DNA of 64,000 bases from Candidatus Xenobia bacterium (GTDB lineage: Bacteria > Vulcanimicrobiota > Xenobia > Xenobiales > QWHO01). The DNA is taken from assembly GCA_045863235.1 (NCBI GenBank), contig BTUM01000003.1:32001-96000 (forward strand), given 5' to 3'. Below the pieces are notes generated by a model. The model was not told where the DNA came from. It was given only the letters and a program-made list of their open reading frames with translations, and did no database searches. The position numbers and the translations under genes are program-made. Shown here piece by piece: positions 1 through 8,822 of the stretch (within the stretch, counting starts at the first letter, position 1; each line of letters opens with the position of its first letter).

Positions 1-656
1 GGCACGGCCAGAAGCGAGGACTTGCCCCGCTCGAAGGGGGTAAGACCGGTCGGATCCTCATCCCCCGCCAGACCCACGCACTTCTCCAAACGGCTCTTGA
101 AGGCGTCGTGCACCAGGCCCCTGCTGGCGCGCAGGTCCTCGGGAACCGGCAGGGGGTAACCCACCGCCTCCAGCGCAGTGAGCTGGCCGCCCGAGTCGAC
201 CCCGAAAAGCCAGCCCCCATCCGCCGAGGCAGCCATGGCGGCGGCATTGACGATCTGGCGTTCCAGCTCACGATAGGCGGGGGCGGCGGTGAGGGCCTCG
301 GCGTGGTGCAGAAAGCGGGCCACGTCGTGGATGGCCTGGTGGAAAGCATGCACGGAGAGCTGGTGGCGGTGGGCCGCGATCCGATCCAGCAGGGCCGGCC
401 AGTCGACCGGACGGGCCACAAACTCGGTCAGACCGGCTCGGAGGGCGGGGCCGACCGACTCCTCGCCCACCACCACGAAGCACGGGATCCGCCCCAGGCG
501 GGGCTTGAGCTGCAGGTAGCGCTCCAGCTCGGCCAGGGATACCACCGCCACGTCCACCTCAGGATGGGGCTCGCTGACGCAGGGGATCTGCTCCGGACCC
601 GGTCCCTCGGAATCGAGCAGCAGAATCGAGCGGATGCCGACGGAAGTCTCCAGCAT
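1..656 (-). CDS. Signal transduction protein (degenerate receiver-like N-terminus followed by GAF-like domain), runs off left edge
   Basis: Hand-translated open frame from ATG at 656 (MLETSVGIRSILLLDSEG...ALRAGLTEFVARPVDWPALLDRI...QIVNAAAMAASADGGWLF...SSLLAVP), no stop to base 1. The ALRAG..EFV.RP segment is receiver-like and SLLAVP is GAF-like. Missing from the ORF track because it has no stop inside the window. Confidence 0.6.
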   Translation of the reverse strand, partial: MLETSVGIRSILLLDSEGPGPEQIPCVSEPHPEVDVAVVSLAELERYLQLKPRLGRIPCFVVVGEESVGPALRAGLTEFVARPVDWPALLDRIAAHRHQLSVHAFHQAIHDVARFLHHAEALTAAPAYRELERQIVNAAAMAASADGGWLFGVDSGGQLTALEAVGYPLPVPEDLRASRGLVHDAFKSRLEKCVGLAGDEDPTGLTPFERGKSSLLAV

Positions 657-671
657 ACTAGTTCCTCGCTT

Positions 672-2477
672 TCAGACGTGGACCGCTTCTTGTAGCGAAC
701 GCAGCTCTTCGCGCATCAACTCGGCCTGGGTTTGCCAGAGCTCGCTGTAAAGGCCATCCTGCGCCACCAGCTCGGCATGGGTTCCCCGCTGTGCGATGCG
801 CCCCTCCTGGAAGACCAGGATCAGGTCGGCGTGGGGAGTCAGGGCGTAAAGCCGGTGAGTCACCGCCAGCACGGTGCGGTCGGACCGACTCTGAGCCAAC
901 ATCCGGTAGAAGCGTGACTCGGTCAGAGGGTCGAGATTGGAAGTCGCTTCATCCAGGAGCAAGATGCGTGGCGAAGCCAGCAGGGCCCGGGCCAGCGCTA
1001 CCCGCTGCCCTTCGCCCCCGGACAGGTTCTCGCCGAAACGCCCGATCCTGGTGGCCAGCCCCTCGACGGAGAAACGTCGGTCGCCCCGCATGTCGATCTG
1101 GGCCTGCTCGAGCGCCTCCAGCTGGCGCTGGTCGGAGGGAGGATCGGGGTTGCCCATGGTCAGGTTGTCGCTGAGCGTGCCCTCGAACAGCATGGGCCGC
1201 TGCGAAACGGTGACCAGGCCGCTGCGCAGGTCGCTCAGGGGGATCTCGCCCAGGGGCTTACCGCCCAGCAGCACGCTGCCCCGATCGGGCTGGACGAAGT
1301 TGGGCAGAAGGTCAAAGAAGGTCGACTTACCCGCCCCACTGGTGCCCACCAGAGCCACCAGGCTGCCCTCGGCAAGGGAGACCGAGGCGTCCTGTAACGA
1401 GGGGGCTCCCTCGTGCAGCACGGTCACGTCCACCAGGTCGATGCTCTTGAAGCCGGCCAGGTCCCGGCCGGGAGCGCCCTCGTCGCGCTCCTCGGGCTGG
1501 TCGAGGATCTGGCGCATCTGTTGGAGCTGGGGCAGAGCCTGCCGATAGCTGCGGGCGGCCGACATCAAGCTCATCAGGGGCTGAGCCAGGATGCCCTGGG
1601 CCAGCACGAAGACCAGCACGTGCCCGGTCAGCGACACGCGGTCGTTCTCAGGCAGCATCGGGGCCAGCAGAAACAGCACCACGGCCAGGATGACCAGGGT
1701 TCCTGAGGCATTGAAGATGAGTTGCTGAGCCTGCTGGTCGAGCTCGTTGAGATGGGTCTCCTCCTCCCCCACCTCGTCCATCTGGCCCAGGTAGCCCTGA
1801 GTACGGCCAAGCCAGCGCGAGGCGGCCCGAAAGACCTTGAGCTCGCGAATGCCCAGCAAAGCCTGGCTGAGCACATCAAAGAAGCCCTCCGAGATCTGCT
1901 GGCGCTGACTGGCCATAAGCTCCACCCGGTCCTTGAGCAAGAAGTACGGGAGAGCGTAGGTGAGGAACACCGCCACCAGCACCAGGGTCAGCACCGGCTG
2001 GTAGAGGGCCAGGAAGAAGATGATGGCCAGGGCCGAGATGAGGTCCAGGGGCAGGCCGATGACGGCCATCTCGACCACCTCGGCCAGGCCTGTGGCTGCC
2101 CAGGCCAGGGTGGACATCAGGTTGGGGAACTCGAGCCTGCGGTGGGCGGAGAGCGGCATGGCCAGCACGTGCCGGACCAGTTGCCGGCTGACCTCCAGCG
2201 AAAAACGGCGGGCCAGCCGGCGCCGGTAGATTTGCACCCGGTGGTTGAGAAAGCCGCGCAACAGGTAGAGGGCCATCAGGCCCAGCATCATCGGCAGGGG
2301 GGACTTTCCGGCCAGGAAGGAGCCGGGCTCGAAGATGGCTCCGAAGAGCAGCATCATGGTGACCAGCGCCCCCAGCTCGGCGGCCAGAGCCATCAGCGTC
2401 AAAAGGCCCAGGAAGAGCCAGCTGCGGGTGGCCCCGCCCAGGTGCAGCTGGCGCACCAGCCAGCGGTACTGGCTCAT
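672..2477 (-). CDS. ABC exporter, fused permease/ATPase (ABCB/MsbA-like), no peptidase domain
   Basis: N-terminal hydrophobic helices; Walker A GTSGAGKST; signature LSGGEGQR; Walker B LLLDEATSNLD; H-loop VTHRL. Confidence 0.93.
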   Translation of the reverse strand: MSQYRWLVRQLHLGGATRSWLFLGLLTLMALAAELGALVTMMLLFGAIFEPGSFLAGKSPLPMMLGLMALYLLRGFLNHRVQIYRRRLARRFSLEVSRQLVRHVLAMPLSAHRRLEFPNLMSTLAWAATGLAEVVEMAVIGLPLDLISALAIIFFLALYQPVLTLVLVAVFLTYALPYFLLKDRVELMASQRQQISEGFFDVLSQALLGIRELKVFRAASRWLGRTQGYLGQMDEVGEEETHLNELDQQAQQLIFNASGTLVILAVVLFLLAPMLPENDRVSLTGHVLVFVLAQGILAQPLMSLMSAARSYRQALPQLQQMRQILDQPEERDEGAPGRDLAGFKSIDLVDVTVLHEGAPSLQDASVSLAEGSLVALVGTSGAGKSTFFDLLPNFVQPDRGSVLLGGKPLGEIPLSDLRSGLVTVSQRPMLFEGTLSDNLTMGNPDPPSDQRQLEALEQAQIDMRGDRRFSVEGLATRIGRFGENLSGGEGQRVALARALLASPRILLLDEATSNLDPLTESRFYRMLAQSRSDRTVLAVTHRLYALTPHADLILVFQEGRIAQRGTHAELVAQDGLYSELWQTQAELMREELRSLQEAVHV

Positions 2478-2532
2478 GACAAGAAGGCCACCCCGGTGCC
2501 CCGGAGTGGCCTCTGGTCAGAGCCTGTTGGAG

Positions 2533-2937
2533 CTAAATGTGGACCCACACACCCGGGCCGCCACCGCCCCAGTAGTGCGGATGGTAGCCATAGTAAGGGT
2601 GATTGGGGTGCCACTGCCACCACTGGGCCGACACCTGCGGAGAGCCCGCGGGCGCGCCTGCCGGCATCGGCATGGGCATCGGACGGCCCGGCATCGGCAT
2701 GCCGGCCCGGCCCATCAGCTCGGCTAAATTCAGATTGAGCACGATGGATTGGGGCATGGGCATCCCCTGGCCCATCATCATCGGGGGAGGAGCGCCGGGA
2801 TCGCCGGGGCCGCCTTCGGTCATTCCGGCCGAAGCCAGGGTCTCGCGGACCTTGTCGGGCGCCACGACGTATTTCTTCGCGTCGCCATCGGGGATGTTCA
2901 GGAACTCACCAGTCTTCAAATCACGGGCAATCGCCAT
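2533..2937 (-). CDS. Small Met/Pro/Gly-rich protein with aromatic/His-rich C-terminal peptide (candidate RiPP-like precursor)
   Basis: AAGGAGG upstream of ATG at 2937. 134 aa, MAIARDLKTGEFLNIPD...QVSAQWWQWHPNHPYYGYHPHYWGGGGPGVWVHI. Same strand as, and just upstream of, the ABC exporter. Confidence 0.7.
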   Translation of the reverse strand: MAIARDLKTGEFLNIPDGDAKKYVVAPDKVRETLASAGMTEGGPGDPGAPPPMMMGQGMPMPQSIVLNLNLAELMGRAGMPMPGRPMPMPMPAGAPAGSPQVSAQWWQWHPNHPYYGYHPHYWGGGGPGVWVHI

Positions 2938-3148
2938 GAGAAAGGCCTCCTTCGGTTCGAGGTGTCCGGGGATTCGTTCCCCCACCCCGGTATGACCTGC
3001 GTGCCGGGAGCGAAAGTTCCCATTGTTGGTCCTCGCGTCCCGAAACACAGGCAAAACCTTCCTGACAGAACGCGCACAGCTAAGTCCGGTCGCAAACCCC
3101 TGTGGTGGCCGGAAAACCGCGTCAAGGGGTCTTCCGGCGGCGCTCCTC

Positions 3149-3307
3149 CTAGCGCCAGAGCAGTAAGAGGGCGAAGGCCAGGCTCAGCACCACCAGGACC
3201 CTTCCCGGCAGGCCCACCCCCCAGTTCTTCTCGCAGTCCAAACAACGGCCACCCCGGCGGGCTCGTGCGCAACGTCGACAGTAGAGCATACTGATTTGAC
3301 GACGCAT
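3149..3307 (-). CDS. Small zinc-finger membrane protein (52 aa)
   Basis: Hand translation MRRQISMLYCRRCARARRGGRCLDCEKNWGVGLPGRVLVVLSLAFALLLLWR: two CxxC pairs and a C-terminal hydrophobic helix. Shorter than any ORF in the supplied track. Confidence 0.55.
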   Translation of the reverse strand: MRRQISMLYCRRCARARRGGRCLDCEKNWGVGLPGRVLVVLSLAFALLLLWR

Positions 3308-3461
3308 CCAGAAAAAAGGTTCAGCCTTGAGCCAGGCTCAAGTTGAAGGAACCGGGACCCCTGCTCGGAGAACATCCTGCGCTCTTTGGAAACAGGCCCA
3401 AGGAGGTTTCTCCACCGGTCGCGGGTAAGAGAATTCAGGGGAAAGGGGGTTCGGGTCTGCC

Positions 3462-4085
3462 TTGGAATGTCCTAAGTGCCGTTACATCAGCCTTCCTGGC
3501 TCGCATTTCTGCGAGAAGTGTGGCTACGACTTGAAGGCTTTCCGAGCCCGCCGCACGGCCGGGCCGGGCCCCGCTCCAGCGCCCCGGGGGCCGGCGCCCA
3601 TGCCTTCCCCGGCTCCCGCTCCGACGCCGGCCGGTCGACCGATGCCGGCCCCGGTCCAATCCCAGCCGCCGGCCCCGGCTGCCCGGGCTCAGGCACCGGT
3701 CATTCCCCCGCTGCCTTCCCCCAGGAAGCCTGAGCCGCCTCCCCCTCCACCTTTTGCACGCCTCGAGTTGCTGGGGGGCGACGGCCAGGTCTACCTGCTC
3801 TGCACCGACACTGTGCGGGTGGGCCGGCTCAGCCCGGCCGACGGCATCCTGCCCGAGATCGACCTGACCGCTCACGACTCAAAGGGAACGGTTTCTCGAC
3901 GCCACGCCATGATTACCCGAGAAGGGGAGCAAGTTTACCTCGAAGACTCCGGCAGCATCAACGGCACGCATGTCAACGGCACGCGGCTGGCTTCCGGAGT
4001 CCAGCGCCCACTCCAGGAAGGCGATCAAGTCTGCTTTGGAGAGGTGGCGTTTCGCTACCATCACGTGAAACAAGGAGCACCATAA
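3462..4085 (+). CDS. Zinc-ribbon + Pro-rich linker + FHA domain protein
   Basis: CPKC...FCEKCG at the N-terminus; Pro/Ala linker; FHA motifs VGR, VSRRHA, DSGSINGTHVNG. Confidence 0.9.
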   Translation: MECPKCRYISLPGSHFCEKCGYDLKAFRARRTAGPGPAPAPRGPAPMPSPAPAPTPAGRPMPAPVQSQPPAPAARAQAPVIPPLPSPRKPEPPPPPPFARLELLGGDGQVYLLCTDTVRVGRLSPADGILPEIDLTAHDSKGTVSRRHAMITREGEQVYLEDSGSINGTHVNGTRLASGVQRPLQEGDQVCFGEVAFRYHHVKQGAP

Positions 4086-4087
4086 CA

Positions 4088-5968
4088 ATGTCCGTGACTT
4101 CAGAATATGCCGCGCCCAATGCCCTGCTCGACTGGGCGGCCAAGGCCGAGATCAAGACCCTGCCCGAGCTGTTCCGTCGCACGGTCAAGAAGTGTGGGCC
4201 GCGCAACTACCTGGGCTGGAAGGACAAGGGAACCTACCGCTACCTGACCTATAACCAGATCAATGAGCGCGTGCTGCAATTTGGCAGCGCCCTGATCGAG
4301 GTGGGCTTCCAACAGGGCGACCGGGCCGCTCAGATCGCTAACAACCGCCCCGAGTGGGTCATCACCGACTACGGCACCTACCACGCCGGGGGCATTCACG
4401 CGCCTCTCTACCCCACTCTGAACGAAGAGGGCATCGCCTACATTCTCAACGATTGCGGCGCCAAAGTGGTGCTGGTGGCCGACGCGGCTCAGCTGGCCAA
4501 GGTCATCAGCGTGGAGAACGGCTACAGCGAAGGTCGCATCCCCGTTCCGGCTCTGGACAAGCTCGAGCACATCGTCTGCATGTTCGGCACGCCCACGGCG
4601 ACCTCAACCAAGAAGCTGTGGAGCTGGGACGACTTCCTCAAGCTGGGAGCCGACAACCTCAGCAAGAACCAGGCTGAGATCGACAGGCGTCTGGGCGAGA
4701 TCAAGGCCGAGGACGTGGCCAGCCTGGTCTACACCTCGGGCACCACGGGCGAGCCCAAGGGAGCCATGCTGATGCACGGCAACTTCTGCTCCAACGCCAC
4801 CACCATCTTGCCGATGGTGGGCATCGACTCGGAGGACCTCGAGCTCTCCTTCCTGCCCCTCTCGCACGTCTTCGAGCGCATCATGTTCTACAGCATGACC
4901 TATGCAGGCGGCACGATCGCCTATGCCGAGAGCATCGACACGGTGGCTGCCAACATGCTGGAGATTCAGCCGACGGTGGTGCCCAGCGTGCCCCGACTGT
5001 TCGAGAAGATCATGGGCCGCGTGCTCGATCAGGTGGCCGCCAGCCCGCCGCTGCGCCAGAAAATCTTCCACTGGGCGCTGGGGGTAGGCAAGCAGTATTT
5101 CGACGCCCGCGTCAAGGGCGAAGTGCCGCTCCCGCTCAAGCTCAAGCACGCGCTGGCTCACAAGCTGGTGTTCAAAAAGATCCACGGCCGCACCGGCGGG
5201 CGCATCAAGTTCTTCGTCTCGGGCGGCGCCCCGCTTCGCAAGGACGTGGGCGAGTTCTTCCTCAACGCTGGCTTCACCATCCTCGAAGGCTACGGCCTGA
5301 CCGAGACCAGCCCGGTGATCACCATGAACCTGCCCCACTACCCCAAGATCGGCACGGTGGGCAAGGTCATCCCGCACGTCGAGTGCGTGATCGCCGAGAA
5401 TGGCGAAATCATCACCCGCGGTCCCCACATCATGCGCGGTTACTTCAACAAAGCCGAGGAGACGGCCAAGTCGATCGACCAGGACGGCTGGTTCCACACC
5501 GGCGACGTGGGGATGTTCGACGAGGACAAGTGCCTGCGCATCACCGACCGCCTCAAGGAGATCCTGGTGATGTCCAATGGCAAGAACGTGGCTCCCCAGC
5601 CCATCGAGAACCTGCTCAAAGGCAGCCCGCTGATCGAGCAGGCCGTCCTGATCGGCGACAACCGCAACTTCATCTCGGCCCTGGTCTACCCCAACTACGA
5701 GCAGGTCGAGATCTGGGCCAAGACTCAGGGGATCACGGGCGACCGTGCCTCCATGGCAGCCAACGCCAAGGTGATCGAGTTCCTCACCGCAGAGGTGACC
5801 AAGCTGTGCACGGATCTGTCCAACTACGAGCGGGTCAAGAAGATCGCCCTGCTCGAGAACGAGCTGACTCAGGACAGCGGCGAGCTCACCCCCACCATGA
5901 AGGTGAAGCGTCGGATCGTCAACGAGAAGTTCAAGGACAAGATCGAAGGGATGTACGCCGAGGGATAA
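4088..5968 (+). CDS. fadD: Long-chain-fatty-acid--CoA ligase (AMP-dependent synthetase)
   Basis: YTSGTTGEPKG AMP-binding motif, LPLSHVFER, GYGLTET, GWFHTGD, LTPTMKVKR. RBS AAGGAG upstream. Confidence 0.93.
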   Translation: MSVTSEYAAPNALLDWAAKAEIKTLPELFRRTVKKCGPRNYLGWKDKGTYRYLTYNQINERVLQFGSALIEVGFQQGDRAAQIANNRPEWVITDYGTYHAGGIHAPLYPTLNEEGIAYILNDCGAKVVLVADAAQLAKVISVENGYSEGRIPVPALDKLEHIVCMFGTPTATSTKKLWSWDDFLKLGADNLSKNQAEIDRRLGEIKAEDVASLVYTSGTTGEPKGAMLMHGNFCSNATTILPMVGIDSEDLELSFLPLSHVFERIMFYSMTYAGGTIAYAESIDTVAANMLEIQPTVVPSVPRLFEKIMGRVLDQVAASPPLRQKIFHWALGVGKQYFDARVKGEVPLPLKLKHALAHKLVFKKIHGRTGGRIKFFVSGGAPLRKDVGEFFLNAGFTILEGYGLTETSPVITMNLPHYPKIGTVGKVIPHVECVIAENGEIITRGPHIMRGYFNKAEETAKSIDQDGWFHTGDVGMFDEDKCLRITDRLKEILVMSNGKNVAPQPIENLLKGSPLIEQAVLIGDNRNFISALVYPNYEQVEIWAKTQGITGDRASMAANAKVIEFLTAEVTKLCTDLSNYERVKKIALLENELTQDSGELTPTMKVKRRIVNEKFKDKIEGMYAEG

Positions 5969-5984
5969 CCTCGGCGTCCGCGGG

Positions 5985-6797
5985 GTGGAAAACTGGGATG
6001 AAGAGCTGGAGGAAGCCCTCGTCGAGGAGCTTCACGCTCTGCCGTGGATCGACTTCGTCTACCTGTTCGGCTCCACCGTGAGGGGCGACGCGCGACCTGA
6101 CAGTGACGTGGACATCGCTGTCCGCATCGGTCAGGGCGCGCCCCCCTCGCCACTGTTCAGCCTGCTGTCCACCTGCAATCGGGCCGTGGGACCCGGCAAG
6201 CTGCACCTGGTGCTGTTCGATCAGGCGCCCGTGCTTTTGCGCCAGCGCATCTTCGAAGAGGGTCGGGTGCTGCTGCAGAACAACCCGGTCTCGCGCATGC
6301 AGGCCCAGGCGCAGACCATCCGCGACTTCTTCGAGCTCAAGCCCGAGGAGAAGGCCGAGCAAGAGTACCACACCCTCCTGCAAACCGACCCCGAGGGCAA
6401 CTCGCGCAAGCTGGCCATCTTGATGCAGTATCGGCGCGACCTCGAGCCATTCGCCCAGCAAACCGAGGCCGAGTTCCTGGCTCGGCCCGAGCGGCACCAC
6501 CTGGCAGCCCGCTACCTCCACATGCTGTGCGAAGGAATGCTGGACCTGACCCTGTTCGTCATCCTCGACCACGGCTGGCGCTGGCCCCAGTCACCCGTGG
6601 ACGCCCTCAACGTGGTTCGCGAGCGCAACGTCATCGACTTTGGCCTGGCCAACCGGCTGCAAGCCTGGCTGGGCCTGCGCCAGATGCTCTCCCACAAGTA
6701 CGCCGCCCCCGATCACCGGCTCAACTTTCTCTTCCTGCGCGACCGCACCCTCGACCTGGACGAGTTCTTCGAGTGGGTCGGGAAGTTCTTGACCTGA
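5985..6797 (+). CDS. Fused minimal nucleotidyltransferase (MntA-like) + HepT/DUF86-like HEPN protein
   Basis: N-terminal LFGSTVRGDARPDSDVDIAV (GSx10DxD); C-terminal LGLRQMLSHKY (Rx4HxY). Confidence 0.82.
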   Translation: MENWDEELEEALVEELHALPWIDFVYLFGSTVRGDARPDSDVDIAVRIGQGAPPSPLFSLLSTCNRAVGPGKLHLVLFDQAPVLLRQRIFEEGRVLLQNNPVSRMQAQAQTIRDFFELKPEEKAEQEYHTLLQTDPEGNSRKLAILMQYRRDLEPFAQQTEAEFLARPERHHLAARYLHMLCEGMLDLTLFVILDHGWRWPQSPVDALNVVRERNVIDFGLANRLQAWLGLRQMLSHKYAAPDHRLNFLFLRDRTLDLDEFFEWVGKFLT

Positions 6798-6960
6798 AGC
6801 TCCCCGGAGCAGGACTTCAAGCACGGGTCTGGCGTGATCACCAGACCGATTTCGAGCGCCGTGGAGATGATGAGGCGATCAGCCGGGTCCCTGGATGCGG
6901 ACTGGTCCACAAGCACCGCGCAAGGACCAGCTTGTTGGATATGGAGCCTCCCTGCTCGAG
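6798..6960 (-). pseudogene. Remnant of a PIN-domain (VapC-like) toxin C-terminus
   Basis: Minus-strand frame reads RDPADRLIISTALEIGLVITPD, matching the DPxDRLIxAxA...LxTxD PIN motif; no intact PIN N-terminus upstream. Boundaries approximate. Confidence 0.5.
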
Positions 6961-7033
6961 ATCGACCGTCTTCAGTCGGGATGAGGCCGCTCGCCGGATA
7001 TCGCGGTGCCCGCGGCGAAATAGCCCTCAACCA

Positions 7034-7585
7034 ATGTTGCGACAACCAGAGGGAGAGACCTGGACGTATGAGGATTACCTCGGGCTACCCGAGGATGGCA
7101 ACCGCTATGAGATCATTTCCGGGGAGCTTCACGTGACGCCAGCGCCCAGGCCTCGCCATCAAAAGGTTTCGGGCCGCATCTTCCATGCTCTCTTTCCCCT
7201 GGAGCTGTCCGGGCGAGGAGAGGTCTTTCTGGCTCCTGTGGAGGTCAGGATGCCCGGTTGCGACCCGGTGCAGCCTGACCTGTGCTTCGTGTCAACCAGT
7301 GGAGCCGCCGTGGTGCAGGAAAAGTGCATCCAGGGCTCTCCCCATCTCATCGTGGAGGTGTTGTCACCCCGAACGGCGGCCCGAGATCGCACCGTGAAGC
7401 TGAACATCTACGCGAGGGCGGGGGTCGAGAACTACTGGCTGGCGGACCCGACCGAGAAAACCCTCGTACTCTTTGTTCTCGATAGCGGGACCTACCGGGT
7501 CGAGGCAGCTCTGGGCCCTGGCGATACCTATCGACCGGTGGCCTTCCCGGAGATCGAGCTGGACATGGCTTTCCTGTTTCCCTGA
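7034..7585 (+). CDS. Uma2/DUF820 family putative endonuclease
   Basis: WTYEDYLGLPEDGNRYEIISGEL, P..RHQ, VQPDL, PHLIVEVLSP, DRTVKLNIYARAGVENYWLADP. Confidence 0.92.
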   Translation: MLRQPEGETWTYEDYLGLPEDGNRYEIISGELHVTPAPRPRHQKVSGRIFHALFPLELSGRGEVFLAPVEVRMPGCDPVQPDLCFVSTSGAAVVQEKCIQGSPHLIVEVLSPRTAARDRTVKLNIYARAGVENYWLADPTEKTLVLFVLDSGTYRVEAALGPGDTYRPVAFPEIELDMAFLFP

Positions 7586-7625
7586 TTCAGACCCTTTTCA
7601 GACAGTCGGGTTAGCATGGCATACC

Positions 7626-8777
7626 ATGCACCTGACTGCCCTGACGCCAAGCTACCCCACCCGGGCCTCCGCGCCCGTGGCTCCGCCCCCGGCTGCCGAG
7701 CCGGAGTACGGCAGCGACATTCCCGGCTACACCGGTCCCAAGGACGGGCGCTCGCATCCGAAGTATGGCACCGTCCTCCGACCCATCGTGAAAGCGCTGG
7801 CTTCAGGCCGCTACCGGGTGCAGATCGAAGGCAAAGAGAACCTGCCCGGCAAGTTCGAGGGCCCCTACGTCTACTCGCCCACGCACCCGAGCGCGTTTGA
7901 CCCCATCGTCTTCTGCGCCGCCATGGACCGCCCGCTGCGGCTGATGGGAAACCAGTACCTGTTCCGCGGCCCGGCCGGGCCACTCTTGACATGGATGGGC
8001 CTTTTTCCGGTCGATCGCGAGGGTGCCAATCCCGTCACTCTCAAGCACTGCAACGAAGTGCTCAAGGAAGGCCACAACCTGGTCATCTTCCCGGAGGGAG
8101 GGCTGGTGGGCGCCGAGCACCGCGACACGGTGGCTCCCATCAAGAAAGGGGCAGCCGCTTCGGCCATCGTGGGTGGGGCCAAAGCCATTATCCCGATCGC
8201 CATCCACTACGAGGAAGACCGGCAGAAACGTCCGGGAGAAGCCATTCTGGGAGCCCTGACCGCAGCCGGCGTCACCACCGCCGGCCTGCTCTCCAGCCAG
8301 GCCGGCCCCCTCTTGCAGGGCCTGGGCGGGGTGCTGGTGGGCGGGGCCACCGGAGCCTATTTGCTCGGCAAGGTGGCCGAGAGGCTCGCCCCCGACTCTC
8401 CCGAAACCCACCAGGGCCCGCGCTATCTGGCCTCGATCGCTGGAGGCGCGGTGGGCCTGCTGGTGGGTGGCGTGGCAGGCTTTCTGTTTCCTCAGGCCAA
8501 CGCGGTGCTCTCGGTGACGGCCGGCCTGGCCACCTTGATGGCGGCCAACGCTTTGCGCCGGCGTCCCCTGGCCCGCATCGCCGTCCAGCCCCAGCTCGAC
8601 GCCAACCCCTACCGGGCCCGCAGCGATCAAAAGCAGGCCATCGTGGACCTGACCGTGGAGCTGCACCGGTCGCTGGGCAAAGGCAAGCAGGCTCTTACGG
8701 GCCACGTTTACGACGACAGCGCGCCCAAATTCAAGCCGAAGATCGTAGAAACCTACAAGGGCGGCATCAGCTGGTAG
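7626..8777 (+). CDS. PlsC-family lysophospholipid acyltransferase with inserted Gly-rich membrane segment
   Basis: HPSAFD (Hx4D), FPVDR, IFPEGG, IIPIAIHY. About 110 aa hydrophobic Gly/Ala insert before the C-terminal strand. Confidence 0.85.
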   Translation: MHLTALTPSYPTRASAPVAPPPAAEPEYGSDIPGYTGPKDGRSHPKYGTVLRPIVKALASGRYRVQIEGKENLPGKFEGPYVYSPTHPSAFDPIVFCAAMDRPLRLMGNQYLFRGPAGPLLTWMGLFPVDREGANPVTLKHCNEVLKEGHNLVIFPEGGLVGAEHRDTVAPIKKGAAASAIVGGAKAIIPIAIHYEEDRQKRPGEAILGALTAAGVTTAGLLSSQAGPLLQGLGGVLVGGATGAYLLGKVAERLAPDSPETHQGPRYLASIAGGAVGLLVGGVAGFLFPQANAVLSVTAGLATLMAANALRRRPLARIAVQPQLDANPYRARSDQKQAIVDLTVELHRSLGKGKQALTGHVYDDSAPKFKPKIVETYKGGISW

Positions 8778-8822
8778 ACCACCCCGGCTCAGCTCCAGGA
8801 AGCTAAGCGTTTCGCTTGCGCC

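Noticed and set aside
108..695. 195-aa plus-strand ORF
   Set aside because: Antisense shadow of the minus-strand receiver/GAF-like gene; no motifs.
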